A stretch of DNA of 64,000 nt. Source: Candidatus Binatia bacterium. Its GTDB lineage: Bacteria > Desulfobacterota > Binatia > UBA9968 > CAXXLF01. Each line of letters starts with the position of its first letter. Position 1 is the first letter of the stretch. Location of the stretch: the NCBI GenBank assembly GCA_963664015.2, contig CAXXLF010000002.1, positions 576,001-640,000 on the forward strand, given 5' to 3'. Made by a program: the position numbers and the translations under genes. Below the pieces are notes generated by a model that saw only the letters and a program-made list of their open reading frames with translations, was not told the origin of the DNA and made no database searches. Of the stretch, positions 9,002 through 18,361 are shown one piece after another.

Positions 9002-11296
9002 CTATTTCTTGATGACGCCGAGGCCGCGCAGCACCTTTTCGGGGGAAAACGGTATGGAGCGGATGCGGACACCCACCGCGTCGAATATAGCATTGCCCAC
9101 GGCAGGCGCTACGCAGGGAATCGAGACCTGGGCGATAGCCTTGGAACCGAAAGGTCCGGGGCCATCACCGTTTTCTAGAATGATAGAACGAAACGACTGG
9201 GGAAAATCGGTCATCAACGGTAACCGGTACTGAAAAGGGTCGGCGTTTTGCAGTTGGCCTTCCTGGTACACAAGTTCTTCGAACAGGCACTGCCCCAATC
9301 CCATGACCGATCCGCCGTCGATCTGGCCCTTAGCCGACGGGTAGTGCAGGATCTTTCCCGCATCGGCGACAGTGGCAAACTGAAGCAAGCGGATCTCCCC
9401 GGTCTCCCGATCGACTTCAATCTCGACGGCCGCGACACCCGGAGCCCAGTGGTCGTGACCACCGAAGCTAGAGTGGCCGGTACGAACCGGTTGATAGTTG
9501 CCCAATCCCAGCAGAGGCGTCATTCCATCGGCAGCACGATGAACCTGCTCGAAGGTCAGACTGACCCCGTCACGTGAGATCTTGCCACCCTCGGCATGCC
9601 ACTCTTCAGGGCTGCCACCCTTGGCCCGGGCTGCCGCCGCTGCCATCTTCTGCAGGAGCTCCTTACAGGCCGAGTGCACGGCACCGCCCATCTGCAGGGT
9701 GGTGCGCTGAGAACTCGTTCCGGAAAACTTCAACTTGTTGTCGGTATCCGGTTCCCCCACGCGAACCTGGCTCTGGGAGACACCGAGGGTATCCGCCGCC
9801 ACAACGCTGATCATCGTATAGGCACCTTCGCCGACATCCGGGGCATTGTGCGAGATCGTGACCGTCCCATCGGAATCGAGCGTCGCCATGGCTTCGGCCG
9901 TACCGACGTGAGAACCACGACGCATGGAGACCGACAGCCCACGCCCCCTCACAACCTTCCCCGAAGATGCGGGATCTTCTTTTTTCGCCTCATGACGATT
10001 CCACCCGATGGCGTTCATCGCATGATCGATGAGTTGGTCGAGATGGGTGTCTACCGGCGGCGTGACCGCTTTGGACTCCTGACCGCTTCGCCGCCACATA
10101 TCCGGGGCAATGAACTCACCCCAACGGAGCAGGTTCTTCAAGCGGAACTCCACCGGATCCACCCCCATCCTGCGGGCGATGTTATCCATGGCGCAGTCCA
10201 CGGCAAAGGTTGTTTGGTTTTTTCCCGTGTTGCGAAAGGGACCGCATGGGACCTTGTTGGTAAAAACCGTCCGTGCCTTGACCCGGAAGTGAGGGACCCG
10301 AAAGCCACCCATGGACGAGGTCATGATATTGTTGGTGATGATCGTCGCCCCTGTATAGTAGCCGCCGGTGTCGATAACTACCTCGACGTCGAGTCCCATA
10401 ATGGTCCCGTCGGCCTTCACCCCGACCTGGGCCTTGTATACGGTCGCGTCCCGGGCCGAGGCGCGAAAGCTCTCCTCATCGGTGACGACATACTTGATAG
10501 GCCGCTTGATCCGACGCGATAGCTCGGCCGCTATGAGCGCCTCTTCTGACTGGTCCTTGGCACCGAAGTTTCCACCGACAAACGGGACCCGTACGCGAAC
10601 CTGTTGCTGCTTGAGACCAAAATGGTGCACGGCCGTGTCGGCCACCCGGTGGGGGCTGTTAGTGGGCACCCAGAGATCTAGCTGTTCGCCGTGAAAATCA
10701 ACCAGGGCGGAACTGGCGGCCTCCATGGGATGGTGATAGACGTTGGGGCAGCTGTAGACTTCCTCAAAGACATGATCGGCTTCCTTGAGCGCCTGGTCGA
10801 TGTCCCCCCATTCCATAATATCTTCGCGCGCCAGGTTCGTCCCGTGTTTCTCGTGGACCAGGGGGGCACCGGGAGCCAGGGCCTCATCAGCGGTAAAGAC
10901 CGGCGGCAACAACTCGTACTGGACATCGACCAGAGAGGCCGCGTAGCGTGCCGTGCGCAGGTCCTCGGCGGCAACCATACCGACAAAGTCCCCGTCGAAC
11001 CGGACCTTGTCCATCTCGATATCGAGCTGATCACCGGCAGCCCGGGTGAGGTTAAGGTGGGTCGGGCCATACTCCTGTGCCCGGATCACGCCAAACACTC
11101 CGGGTAAACCCTCGGCTACCGACGTATCGATGGACACGATATGTGCGTGGGAGTATGGGCTTCGAAAGGCCGCGGCGTAGGCCATACCAGGAAGGTCGGG
11201 AAGATCCTCCACATACTTGGCTCTGCCGGTCACCTTATCGAGTGCATCGACACGTACGTGCTGGCTTTTTCCTTCAGTCGAACTACTCATAGTCAT
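9002..11296 (-). CDS. Xanthine dehydrogenase/aldehyde oxidase family molybdopterin-binding large subunit (orphan, atypical active site)
   Basis: RVDALDKVTGRAKY, RSPYSHA, HHPME, GGNFGAK, VDRETG, GQIDGG..GLG, PAVGNAIFDA. Confidence 0.93.
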   Translation of the reverse strand: MTMSSSTEGKSQHVRVDALDKVTGRAKYVEDLPDLPGMAYAAAFRSPYSHAHIVSIDTSVAEGLPGVFGVIRAQEYGPTHLNLTRAAGDQLDIEMDKVRFDGDFVGMVAAEDLRTARYAASLVDVQYELLPPVFTADEALAPGAPLVHEKHGTNLAREDIMEWGDIDQALKEADHVFEEVYSCPNVYHHPMEAASSALVDFHGEQLDLWVPTNSPHRVADTAVHHFGLKQQQVRVRVPFVGGNFGAKDQSEEALIAAELSRRIKRPIKYVVTDEESFRASARDATVYKAQVGVKADGTIMGLDVEVVIDTGGYYTGATIITNNIMTSSMGGFRVPHFRVKARTVFTNKVPCGPFRNTGKNQTTFAVDCAMDNIARRMGVDPVEFRLKNLLRWGEFIAPDMWRRSGQESKAVTPPVDTHLDQLIDHAMNAIGWNRHEAKKEDPASSGKVVRGRGLSVSMRRGSHVGTAEAMATLDSDGTVTISHNAPDVGEGAYTMISVVAADTLGVSQSQVRVGEPDTDNKLKFSGTSSQRTTLQMGGAVHSACKELLQKMAAAAARAKGGSPEEWHAEGGKISRDGVSLTFEQVHRAADGMTPLLGLGNYQPVRTGHSSFGGHDHWAPGVAAVEIEVDRETGEIRLLQFATVADAGKILHYPSAKGQIDGGSVMGLGQCLFEELVYQEGQLQNADPFQYRLPLMTDFPQSFRSIILENGDGPGPFGSKAIAQVSIPCVAPAVGNAIFDAVGVRIRSIPFSPEKVLRGLGVIKK

Positions 11297-11421
11297 GTCC
11301 TAACCTTGATGTGCAATAATTGCTATTTCCTCTTGGACAACGGGTTCGCGCTGCAATCCTCCCAGATGTCCACCGCTTGACCGCCCTAGCTTAGCGGATT
11401 GGCGAGGCTATTTTTCGGCAG

Positions 11422-11450
11422 AGCCTATCCGATAGGGTGCTTCAAGTCAA
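11422..11450 (-). promoter_or_regulatory. Putative sigma70 promoter for the molybdoenzyme gene
   Basis: TTGACT-N17-TAGGCT. Confidence 0.55.
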
Positions 11451-11471
11451 TGAAACCGGCTTGCAAGAATC

Positions 11472-12227
11472 CTACCCTTTAGAACCCGATTGATGGTGTG
11501 CACTGGATTTCGGGGCGCCTTTTTCCGCGTCGGCGGCGTTTGGAAGGTATCCCATGGCCTTATAATAATCCTCGATGGCTTTTGCACCCGAGCGGCGATA
11601 CACCCGCTCACGGAGAACCGGGTCCATGGGAATCCAATGGAGCCTTTCGGATCGTCCCTTGCGAATGATGGGCACCTTACGGGATTCCATATCGGTCAGG
11701 TTGAGGAGGCTATCGCACATCCCTTTCAGTTCCGTGGCATCGGCCCAATCGGATTTGTAGACTACGACCCCATCGCGATCCACCAGATAACTCATATTGG
11801 ACTTCTGGCCGTAGGCCCGATGCACGCTACCCTTCAAATCGTCCACAAGAATTGGGATCTTCACCTTTTCCATTTTCCGCAGCCTCCGGGCTTGGCTGTG
11901 CTTTTGCTCAAGGGATGTATGATGCGGAAAATTCTCCCCCGGGTGCGCCTCACGGGTGTAGATGATGAGGCACTCGAACCCTTCGAAGCGATACTCATCG
12001 TAGATCTTCGTAAGCGGGGAAACCTCCCCCACAAAGGGAGGTCAAGTAATACTGCCGAATTCAAGAATTACATGACTTTTGCCCTGAAAATAGGAGAGCG
12101 AGACGTTGCGCCCATCGAGGTCGGGCAACGTAAAATCCGGGGCCGGCTCCCCAATTGGAGCCACCGACCAGAAGTCGGGCCCTCCCACACTACCTCTACC
12201 GTAGGACTGGCGGTTATAGGTATCCAT
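11472..12227 (-). CDS. Iodothyronine-deiodinase-like/redoxin selenoprotein, 251 aa with Sec at TGA 12042-12044
   Basis: ORFs 12042..12227 and 11472..12032 share a frame: GEPAPDF...LEFGSIT-TGA-PPF...YTREAHP. AGGAGG RBS; SECIS-like hairpin downstream of the TGA. Confidence 0.88.
12014..12032 (-). promoter_or_regulatory. Bacterial SECIS-like hairpin
   Basis: GUGGGGGA-GGUU-UCCCCGC; apical GGUU loop starts 17 nt after the UGA and resembles the E. coli fdhF AGGUCU loop. Confidence 0.75.
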
Positions 12228-12308
12228 TGCATCCTCCTGGACTTATCCTTAAAAATCCCAGAGACTAACACCCGGTTTCTAAACCCATACTGCATGATAA
12301 AATCCGTC

Positions 12309-14051
12309 TCATGGGGCCAACAACGAATCTTCACCTTGTTTTGACAGGCGGACGTCGACAATTCGTAGCTGCGCCGATGAGTTCCCGTTCCACAGGTTCT
12401 CGCTCAAACGATAAACGAGATCAATGGTAGCTCCCTGTTGTCCCGGGAAATCGTTTCCCACACCGAAGCAGACGGCGTTCAACGAACTCCCACCCTGGCA
12501 CAGCTTGAACCGGAGCCCGCCCCTGATTTCCCTGCGTTCGACAACCTCTACCTCCCGTGTCATAAGTAATGGTTCAGGATTACCGACCCCGAATGGCTGA
12601 AGCTGCTGGAGCTCGCGCGCCACAGAGAGGCCGATCTCGGAAAAATCGACCTGGGCATCTACTTCGAGAAATGGAATCATATCCTCGGCGCTGAGCTGGG
12701 AGCGGGCAGCGTCCTCAAACCGATCGGCGAAAACCTTCAGCTTATCCTGCCGGATACTGAGTCCTCCGGCATATTCGTGACCACCAAACTTCTCAAGATG
12801 CTCCGCACAGTTTCGGAGCGCCTCCACCATATGGAGGCCGCGAATGCTGCGCCCGGATCCCTTGCCCTCGCCCTGGGTGAAACCGATTACGACGGTGGGC
12901 CGGTGATGGCGTTCGACAATGCGGGAAGCGACGATCCCCAGCACTCCAGGATGCCAGCCCTCCGCCCCCACGACGATGGACTTCCGATCCAGAAGGAGCC
13001 CATCCCTGTCGATCTGCTCCAGAGCCGACACCAGGACCCGGCCTTCCATCTCTCTCCGGTCCTTGTTGTTCTGGTCCAGCTCCTGTGCGATGCGCCGGGC
13101 ATCTTCCTGTGACTCGGTCGTAAGCATCTCGACAACCTTGAGAGCTGCATCCATTCGCCCTCCGGCATTGATGCGCGGCCCGAGGTGAAAGCCTACCTGA
13201 CCCGCATTTACGCTGTCCGCAGTGATCCCAGCCACCTCCTTCAAGGCACGGATCCCGGGCCGGCTCGATTGACCCAACTCGTCAAGCCCCCGTCGGGTCA
13301 GGACTCGGTTGATTCCCCGGAGAGGCACCATATCGGCAATGGTGCCAAGGGTAACAACGTCTAGATAGCGCCTGATGTCGGGAGCGGCTCCAGGGCTGAA
13401 TTTTCCCATTTCCCTGAGCTTCGCCCGAAGTCCAATAATCAGATAGAAGGCAAGGCCCGCGCCGGAGAGTCCCTTATCGGGGAACGGACAATCGGACCTG
13501 TGAGGATTCAGAACCGCAACCGCCGGGGGAAGCTCCGGTGGTGGTTGGTGGTGATCGACAACGATCACGTCGAGACCCATCTCCCGCGCCCGCTTAACCT
13601 CTTCCCCATTGGAAATGCCGCAGTCTACGGAGACAACCAGCCCTACCCCCCGAGCCTTTAGACGCTCCAAACCTTGCGAATTAAGCCCGTAACCCTCGTC
13701 AATGCGGTGGGGAATATAAAAGATCGGACTCCCCCCGATCTCTCTCAAGAAGGAGACCAGGGTGGAAACCCCGGTCGTACCGTCCACGTCGTAATCACCC
13801 CAGACACAGATAAGCTCCCCCTTTTCGAGGGCGACGCTCAAGCGTTGGACCGCCCGGTCCATATCGGCCATTAAAAACGGTGAAGGGAGATCGTTGCGTA
13901 GGCTGGAGTGGAGGAAGGTTCGCGCCGACTGGGGGTCCGTCAGACCCCGGTGAAAGAGAATCCGTGCGACAAGCAAAGGTACATGAAGGACTTGAGAAAG
14001 GCTCGAAACACTCGCTTCGCCTGCCTCTCTCAGAATCCAGCGTTTTTCCAT
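12309..14051 (-). CDS. recJ: Single-stranded-DNA exonuclease RecJ
   Basis: GDYDVDG, DHH, TLGTIADMVPL, GSGRS, GGH. Confidence 0.97.
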   Translation of the reverse strand: MEKRWILREAGEASVSSLSQVLHVPLLVARILFHRGLTDPQSARTFLHSSLRNDLPSPFLMADMDRAVQRLSVALEKGELICVWGDYDVDGTTGVSTLVSFLREIGGSPIFYIPHRIDEGYGLNSQGLERLKARGVGLVVSVDCGISNGEEVKRAREMGLDVIVVDHHQPPPELPPAVAVLNPHRSDCPFPDKGLSGAGLAFYLIIGLRAKLREMGKFSPGAAPDIRRYLDVVTLGTIADMVPLRGINRVLTRRGLDELGQSSRPGIRALKEVAGITADSVNAGQVGFHLGPRINAGGRMDAALKVVEMLTTESQEDARRIAQELDQNNKDRREMEGRVLVSALEQIDRDGLLLDRKSIVVGAEGWHPGVLGIVASRIVERHHRPTVVIGFTQGEGKGSGRSIRGLHMVEALRNCAEHLEKFGGHEYAGGLSIRQDKLKVFADRFEDAARSQLSAEDMIPFLEVDAQVDFSEIGLSVARELQQLQPFGVGNPEPLLMTREVEVVERREIRGGLRFKLCQGGSSLNAVCFGVGNDFPGQQGATIDLVYRLSENLWNGNSSAQLRIVDVRLSKQGEDSLLAP

Positions 14052-14055
14052 CGCC

Positions 14056-14985
14056 TCACCTTCTCTTACCCTTAGTCTTCTCGCTCAGAAGAATCACCGG
14101 TGTGGCAATAAAGATCGTGGAGTAGACACCGGATATAAACCCGACCATAAGCGCAAAGGCGAAGGGACGGATGACGCCCCCTCCAAGCACGAGCAGGGCA
14201 ACAAGGACGACCAGCGACGTGCCGGTAGTGATGACCGTGCGGCTGAGAGTCTCATTGATGCTCATGTTGATGATCTTTTCTAGCGGCTCTCTCCGCAGCT
14301 TGCGCATATTTTCCCGGATTCGGTCGGAGACCACCACCGTATCGTTAACCGAGTACCCGGCGATAGTGAGCAGCGCGGCAACGGTGGACAGGTCAAATTC
14401 GTAGTTAGCAATAACCAGCGCACCCACGGTAATCCACACGTCATGAATGAGGGCGGCAATAGCACCGAGGCCGAAACCGAGACCGAATCGGGCCCCGAAG
14501 CTGGATCCGAACCGGAGCCAGACATAAACCCCCATCATGATGGTAGCGGCAATGACCGACAGTGTCCCTCGCCGGCGCAGGTCTTTTCCCACCTTGGGCC
14601 CTACGTAGTCAACCCTGCGAATCTCGACCTGATCGGCGCCCAAACGTTCGACTAGCGCACTGCGAACCTGGGAGCCGATGGTCACCAATTGAGCCTCCGT
14701 CTTCTCCAGGCGGATGAGAAATTCTCCAGAGCCGACAGTGCCAAAGTCCTGCACCACCACATCACCCAACCCTGAACTACCCAGGATATCGCGGATCTCA
14801 CCGATGGTCACCTGCTGGGGTACCCTGACGTGCACCATGGTGCCGCCGGCAAAGTCGACGCCGATATTTGGACCTTTGATCAGGAGCAGGGCCAGGACAC
14901 CGAGCCCCAGCAATCCGGAGAGGATAAAGGCTACGAAACGATAACTGAGAAACGGAATTTGAGTATCTGATTTGATGAGTTCCAT
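14056..14985 (-). CDS. secF: Protein translocase subunit SecF
   Basis: GVDFAGG, GYSVNDTVVVSDRIRE, TLSRT. Confidence 0.97.
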   Translation of the reverse strand: MELIKSDTQIPFLSYRFVAFILSGLLGLGVLALLLIKGPNIGVDFAGGTMVHVRVPQQVTIGEIRDILGSSGLGDVVVQDFGTVGSGEFLIRLEKTEAQLVTIGSQVRSALVERLGADQVEIRRVDYVGPKVGKDLRRRGTLSVIAATIMMGVYVWLRFGSSFGARFGLGFGLGAIAALIHDVWITVGALVIANYEFDLSTVAALLTIAGYSVNDTVVVSDRIRENMRKLRREPLEKIINMSINETLSRTVITTGTSLVVLVALLVLGGGVIRPFAFALMVGFISGVYSTIFIATPVILLSEKTKGKRR

Positions 14986-14996
14986 AAGAAGATTTC

Positions 14997-16613
14997 CTAA
15001 ACGCTGAGCCGGCTCAACTTCCTTCCCGCCAACCGACAGTCGTAGTAGATCCGGGTTCCAAAGAAGGCCGTCAGCACCGTGGTCACGATACCCACGCAGA
15101 GGGTGACGGCGAATCCCTTGATCGGCCCGGTTCCGAACTGAAACAGGATGACGCCGGCGAGAAAAGTCGTGATGTTGGAGTCCAGGATAGCCGGCAATGC
15201 CCGCTCATAACCGGATTCAACAGCCGCTCGGGGTCCCTTTCCGAGCCGGACTTCTTCCCGGATCCGCTCATTTATGAGCACGTTGGCATCCACGGCCATT
15301 CCCATAGTCAGGATAATCCCGCCGATGCCGGGTAAGGTCAAAACCGCTTCAAAGCCCGCAAGGATCGCGAGCACCAACAGGACATTGACCACCAACGCCA
15401 CATCCGCCAAGAGACCGGCACCCTTATAATAGGCGAATATAAGGAGAAGCAGTAGGCAGCTCCCGACAATAAAGGAACGGATACCCTGTTCGATGGAATC
15501 ACGCCCGAGGGAAGGGCCAACGGTCCGCTCTTCCAATATCTCCACGGGGGCCGGCAGCGAACCGGCCCTCAGCACGATGGCAAGGTCGCGGGCCTCCTGA
15601 AAGGTGAAACTGCCCGTGATCGAGGCCACCCCACCCCCGATGCGGTCCTGGATGACCGGCGCCGAATAGACCCGATTGTCGAGAATGATCGCCAGGCGCC
15701 GCTTCACGTTTTCCCCGGTGATCCTTTCGAAGACCCGGGCGCCAGCCGAATTGAAAGACATCTCCACGTAGGGCCCCTCCAACTGGCCTCCGGGACGGAC
15801 CATAGCGTCCTTGATGGTGTCGCCGGTCATAAGAGTCCTCGACTCCAGGAGCCAAGGCACCTTGGCTCCACCTAGGCCACCTAGGCCCCCATCGAGCCGT
15901 TTGGGGGTGCCGTAGAGGATCTGGCGCCCCGGCGGCACGCCGTCACGAACGGCGTCCTCCGCATCCCGGGTGTCGTCCACGAGCTTGAACTCGAGAACTG
16001 CGGTCTTGCCGATCAGCTCCTTGGCGCGCTCCGGGTTCTCTTCGCCGGGAAGCTGGATCAGGATGTTGTTCTGGCCCTGACGCTGGATCGTGGGCTCCCT
16101 GACGCCGTATTGGTCGATACGATTACGGATAGTCTCAAGGGCCTGATCCACCGTATTGGTCTTGATGTCGCGGACCTCCCGCTTGTCAAGACCGAGAAGG
16201 AAACTGGTACCGGCGGTCCCCGGATCCGTGTTCGTCACGATGAGGTTAGGGGCATCGCTCTTCAAGAGGGCCCGTGCCGCCTGCACGTTTTGCGCCGAGA
16301 CCTTTAGGAGAAGCCTGGACCCGGGCGCCCTTTCCAGCAGATCGAACTTGATACTTTTTTCTTTGAACAGCCGCGCCAGATCCTCCCGAAGACGATCCAG
16401 AGCGTTGTCTACTGCCCTATCCACCTTCACCTCGAGGATCAGGTGCATCCCGCCTTGAAGGTCAAGGCCGCGGCGGATCTCATCAGTAGGTAAAAACCCC
16501 GACCACCAACCAGGCAGGTTCTTTTCACCGACATAGGTCGGCACCAGATAGACCGCCGAGGCACAAACCGAAATCAGTAGGATGGAAATTCGAACGAGTA
16601 GTCCCTGTGACAT
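14997..16613 (-). CDS. secD: Protein translocase subunit SecD
   Basis: GLDLQGG, VGPSLG, GMAVDANVLINERIREE, DSNITT. Confidence 0.97.
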   Translation of the reverse strand: MSQGLLVRISILLISVCASAVYLVPTYVGEKNLPGWWSGFLPTDEIRRGLDLQGGMHLILEVKVDRAVDNALDRLREDLARLFKEKSIKFDLLERAPGSRLLLKVSAQNVQAARALLKSDAPNLIVTNTDPGTAGTSFLLGLDKREVRDIKTNTVDQALETIRNRIDQYGVREPTIQRQGQNNILIQLPGEENPERAKELIGKTAVLEFKLVDDTRDAEDAVRDGVPPGRQILYGTPKRLDGGLGGLGGAKVPWLLESRTLMTGDTIKDAMVRPGGQLEGPYVEMSFNSAGARVFERITGENVKRRLAIILDNRVYSAPVIQDRIGGGVASITGSFTFQEARDLAIVLRAGSLPAPVEILEERTVGPSLGRDSIEQGIRSFIVGSCLLLLLIFAYYKGAGLLADVALVVNVLLVLAILAGFEAVLTLPGIGGIILTMGMAVDANVLINERIREEVRLGKGPRAAVESGYERALPAILDSNITTFLAGVILFQFGTGPIKGFAVTLCVGIVTTVLTAFFGTRIYYDCRLAGRKLSRLSV

Positions 16614-16614
16614 G

Positions 16615-16953
16615 TTACTGTGCTTTGGCCTCCTTCCCTGAAGCCTTTTCCAACTTGACGACGACCGAGACCTGAGGCCGGCTCACGCGGACCCTGACGT
16701 TCTGAGCCACTTCCAGCGTAATCACCGTATCCGTCAGAGCGACCACTTTACCGTAGAGCCCGCCAGCGGTCATGACTTCGTCGTTCTTTTTGAGCGCGGC
16801 AAGCATCTGCCGGTGCTCTTTGGTCTTCTTCTGCTGGGGGCGGATGAGAAGAAAGTAAAACACCACGAATATCAGGATCAAGGGAAACATCTGCCCCAGG
16901 AAAGGTATTCCCGAAGCGGCTTGGGCTGTCTGGACAAAAGCAACGTTTAACAT
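16615..16953 (-). CDS. yajC: Preprotein translocase subunit YajC
   Basis: FYFLLIRPQQKK, T.GGLYG; tgt-yajC-secD synteny. Confidence 0.96.
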   Translation of the reverse strand: MLNVAFVQTAQAASGIPFLGQMFPLILIFVVFYFLLIRPQQKKTKEHRQMLAALKKNDEVMTAGGLYGKVVALTDTVITLEVAQNVRVRVSRPQVSVVVKLEKASGKEAKAQ

Positions 16954-18080
16954 GATGCCTCCTGTTCTGCTCCTTCTTCCATATCAGATTCCGGGCCCGA
17001 GGGCCAAAGTTTAGGCTTCTGTTCCCGGATCGCTTCACGCATCCTCTCCATCAGGCGATGATAGAAATAGAGATTATGCAGAGTATGGAGGCAAGCCGCA
17101 AGTATTTCCCGCGATTGAAAGAGATGCCTCAAATAGGCCCGGGAGAAGTTCTGGCAGCAATAGCACCCGCAGCTCTCGTCTATGGGGCGTTCGTCGCGAC
17201 TGTATTCCGCGCGCTTGATGCTGATCTTCCCATTAAAGGTAAAAAGGGTGCCGTTACGGGCGTTCCTTGTCGGAATCACGCAGTCGAAGAGATCGTAACC
17301 CTGCTGGACCGCAAAGATCAGGTCCTCCGGCCGGCCCATGCCCATCAAATATCTGGGGCGATCATCCGGCAGGAGCCCTGCGACTGCTCCCGAGACCTCC
17401 TTGAACAGGGCCTCCCCTTCCCCGATTCCCAACCCACCCACCGCGTAGCCATCGAAGGGAAGCTGCACCAGCTCCTCCACGCAACGTTCACGGAGGTCCA
17501 TATACACGCCTCCCTGCACGATGCCCAGGAGTCCCTGGCAGTCATCTCGTCGCGCGTCCAGGGAACGACGCGCCCAGCGCAGCGTCCTGTCCGTCGAAGC
17601 GCGAGTATACTCCCGACTGGCCGGGTACGGGATGCACTCATCAAGGACCATGGCAAGGTCGCTTCCCAGGGCTTCCTGGATTTCAACTATACGCTCCGGA
17701 GTGAACCGATGAGAGGAACCATCCAGATGGGATTGAAAGCTCACCCCTTCTTCGGAGATTTTCCGCAGCGCCCCAAGGCTGAAGACCTGATAGCCTCCGC
17801 TGTCGGTGAGGATGGGGCCGTCCCACGCAATGAAACGCTGCAGCCCGCCAAGGTCCCGAATCACCTCCACACCGGGACGGAGATAGAGATGGTAGGTGTT
17901 GGATAGAAGAATCTGGCAACCGATCTCCTTCAAGTCCCGCGGCGATACAGCCTTAACCGCTCCCTGGGTGCCTACGGGCATGAAAGCGGGGGTCTCTATA
18001 ACTCCGTGAACGGTCTCTAAGCGCCCCACACGGGCACGGGTCGCCGTGTCCTTTTTCAGTACAGTGAAGTTAAAAGCCAT
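16947..18080 (-). CDS. tgt: Queuine tRNA-ribosyltransferase
   Basis: TPAFMPVGT, DSGGYQ, DCVIPTR, CxCxxC...H zinc site. Confidence 0.97.
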   Translation of the reverse strand: MAFNFTVLKKDTATRARVGRLETVHGVIETPAFMPVGTQGAVKAVSPRDLKEIGCQILLSNTYHLYLRPGVEVIRDLGGLQRFIAWDGPILTDSGGYQVFSLGALRKISEEGVSFQSHLDGSSHRFTPERIVEIQEALGSDLAMVLDECIPYPASREYTRASTDRTLRWARRSLDARRDDCQGLLGIVQGGVYMDLRERCVEELVQLPFDGYAVGGLGIGEGEALFKEVSGAVAGLLPDDRPRYLMGMGRPEDLIFAVQQGYDLFDCVIPTRNARNGTLFTFNGKISIKRAEYSRDERPIDESCGCYCCQNFSRAYLRHLFQSREILAACLHTLHNLYFYHRLMERMREAIREQKPKLWPSGPESDMEEGAEQEASC

Positions 18081-18086
18081 TTGCCC

Positions 18087-18361
18087 TGATTTTAGATTTT
18101 TGATTAAAGCCTTAAGGGCATGTTTGATTGCTGATTTGAGATTTTAGATTGGCTCCAATTCCCCAGTTAGGACAGGCCAAAGCCAAACCCCGCAACTTGG
18201 GTTCTTCAATAATCTGTAATCGACAATCTAAAATCTAAGTTCTTCAATTCAAACTCTACAACCTAAAATTAGCTTCCCCCGATCTACAATCTCAATCTAA
18301 AATATTAAACTATTTTCCCGGATCACCAATTTAAAAACTTTACAATCTAAAATCCTAAATG
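18087..18361. repeat. Degenerate heptamer arrays (TTAGATT then AATCTAA) in inverted arrangement
   Basis: GATTTTAGATTTTTGATT and GATTTGAGATTTTAGATT on the left; AATCTGTAATCGACAATCTAAAATCTAA and CAATCTAAAATCCTAAAT on the right. Confidence 0.7.

Noticed and set aside
9002-11296. Aerobic CO dehydrogenase CoxL call
   Set aside because: Lacks AYxCSFR/AYxGAGR, and coxM/coxS are absent.
18087-18361. Possible CRISPR array
   Set aside because: Units are 7 nt and degenerate, with no repeat-spacer structure and no cas genes.
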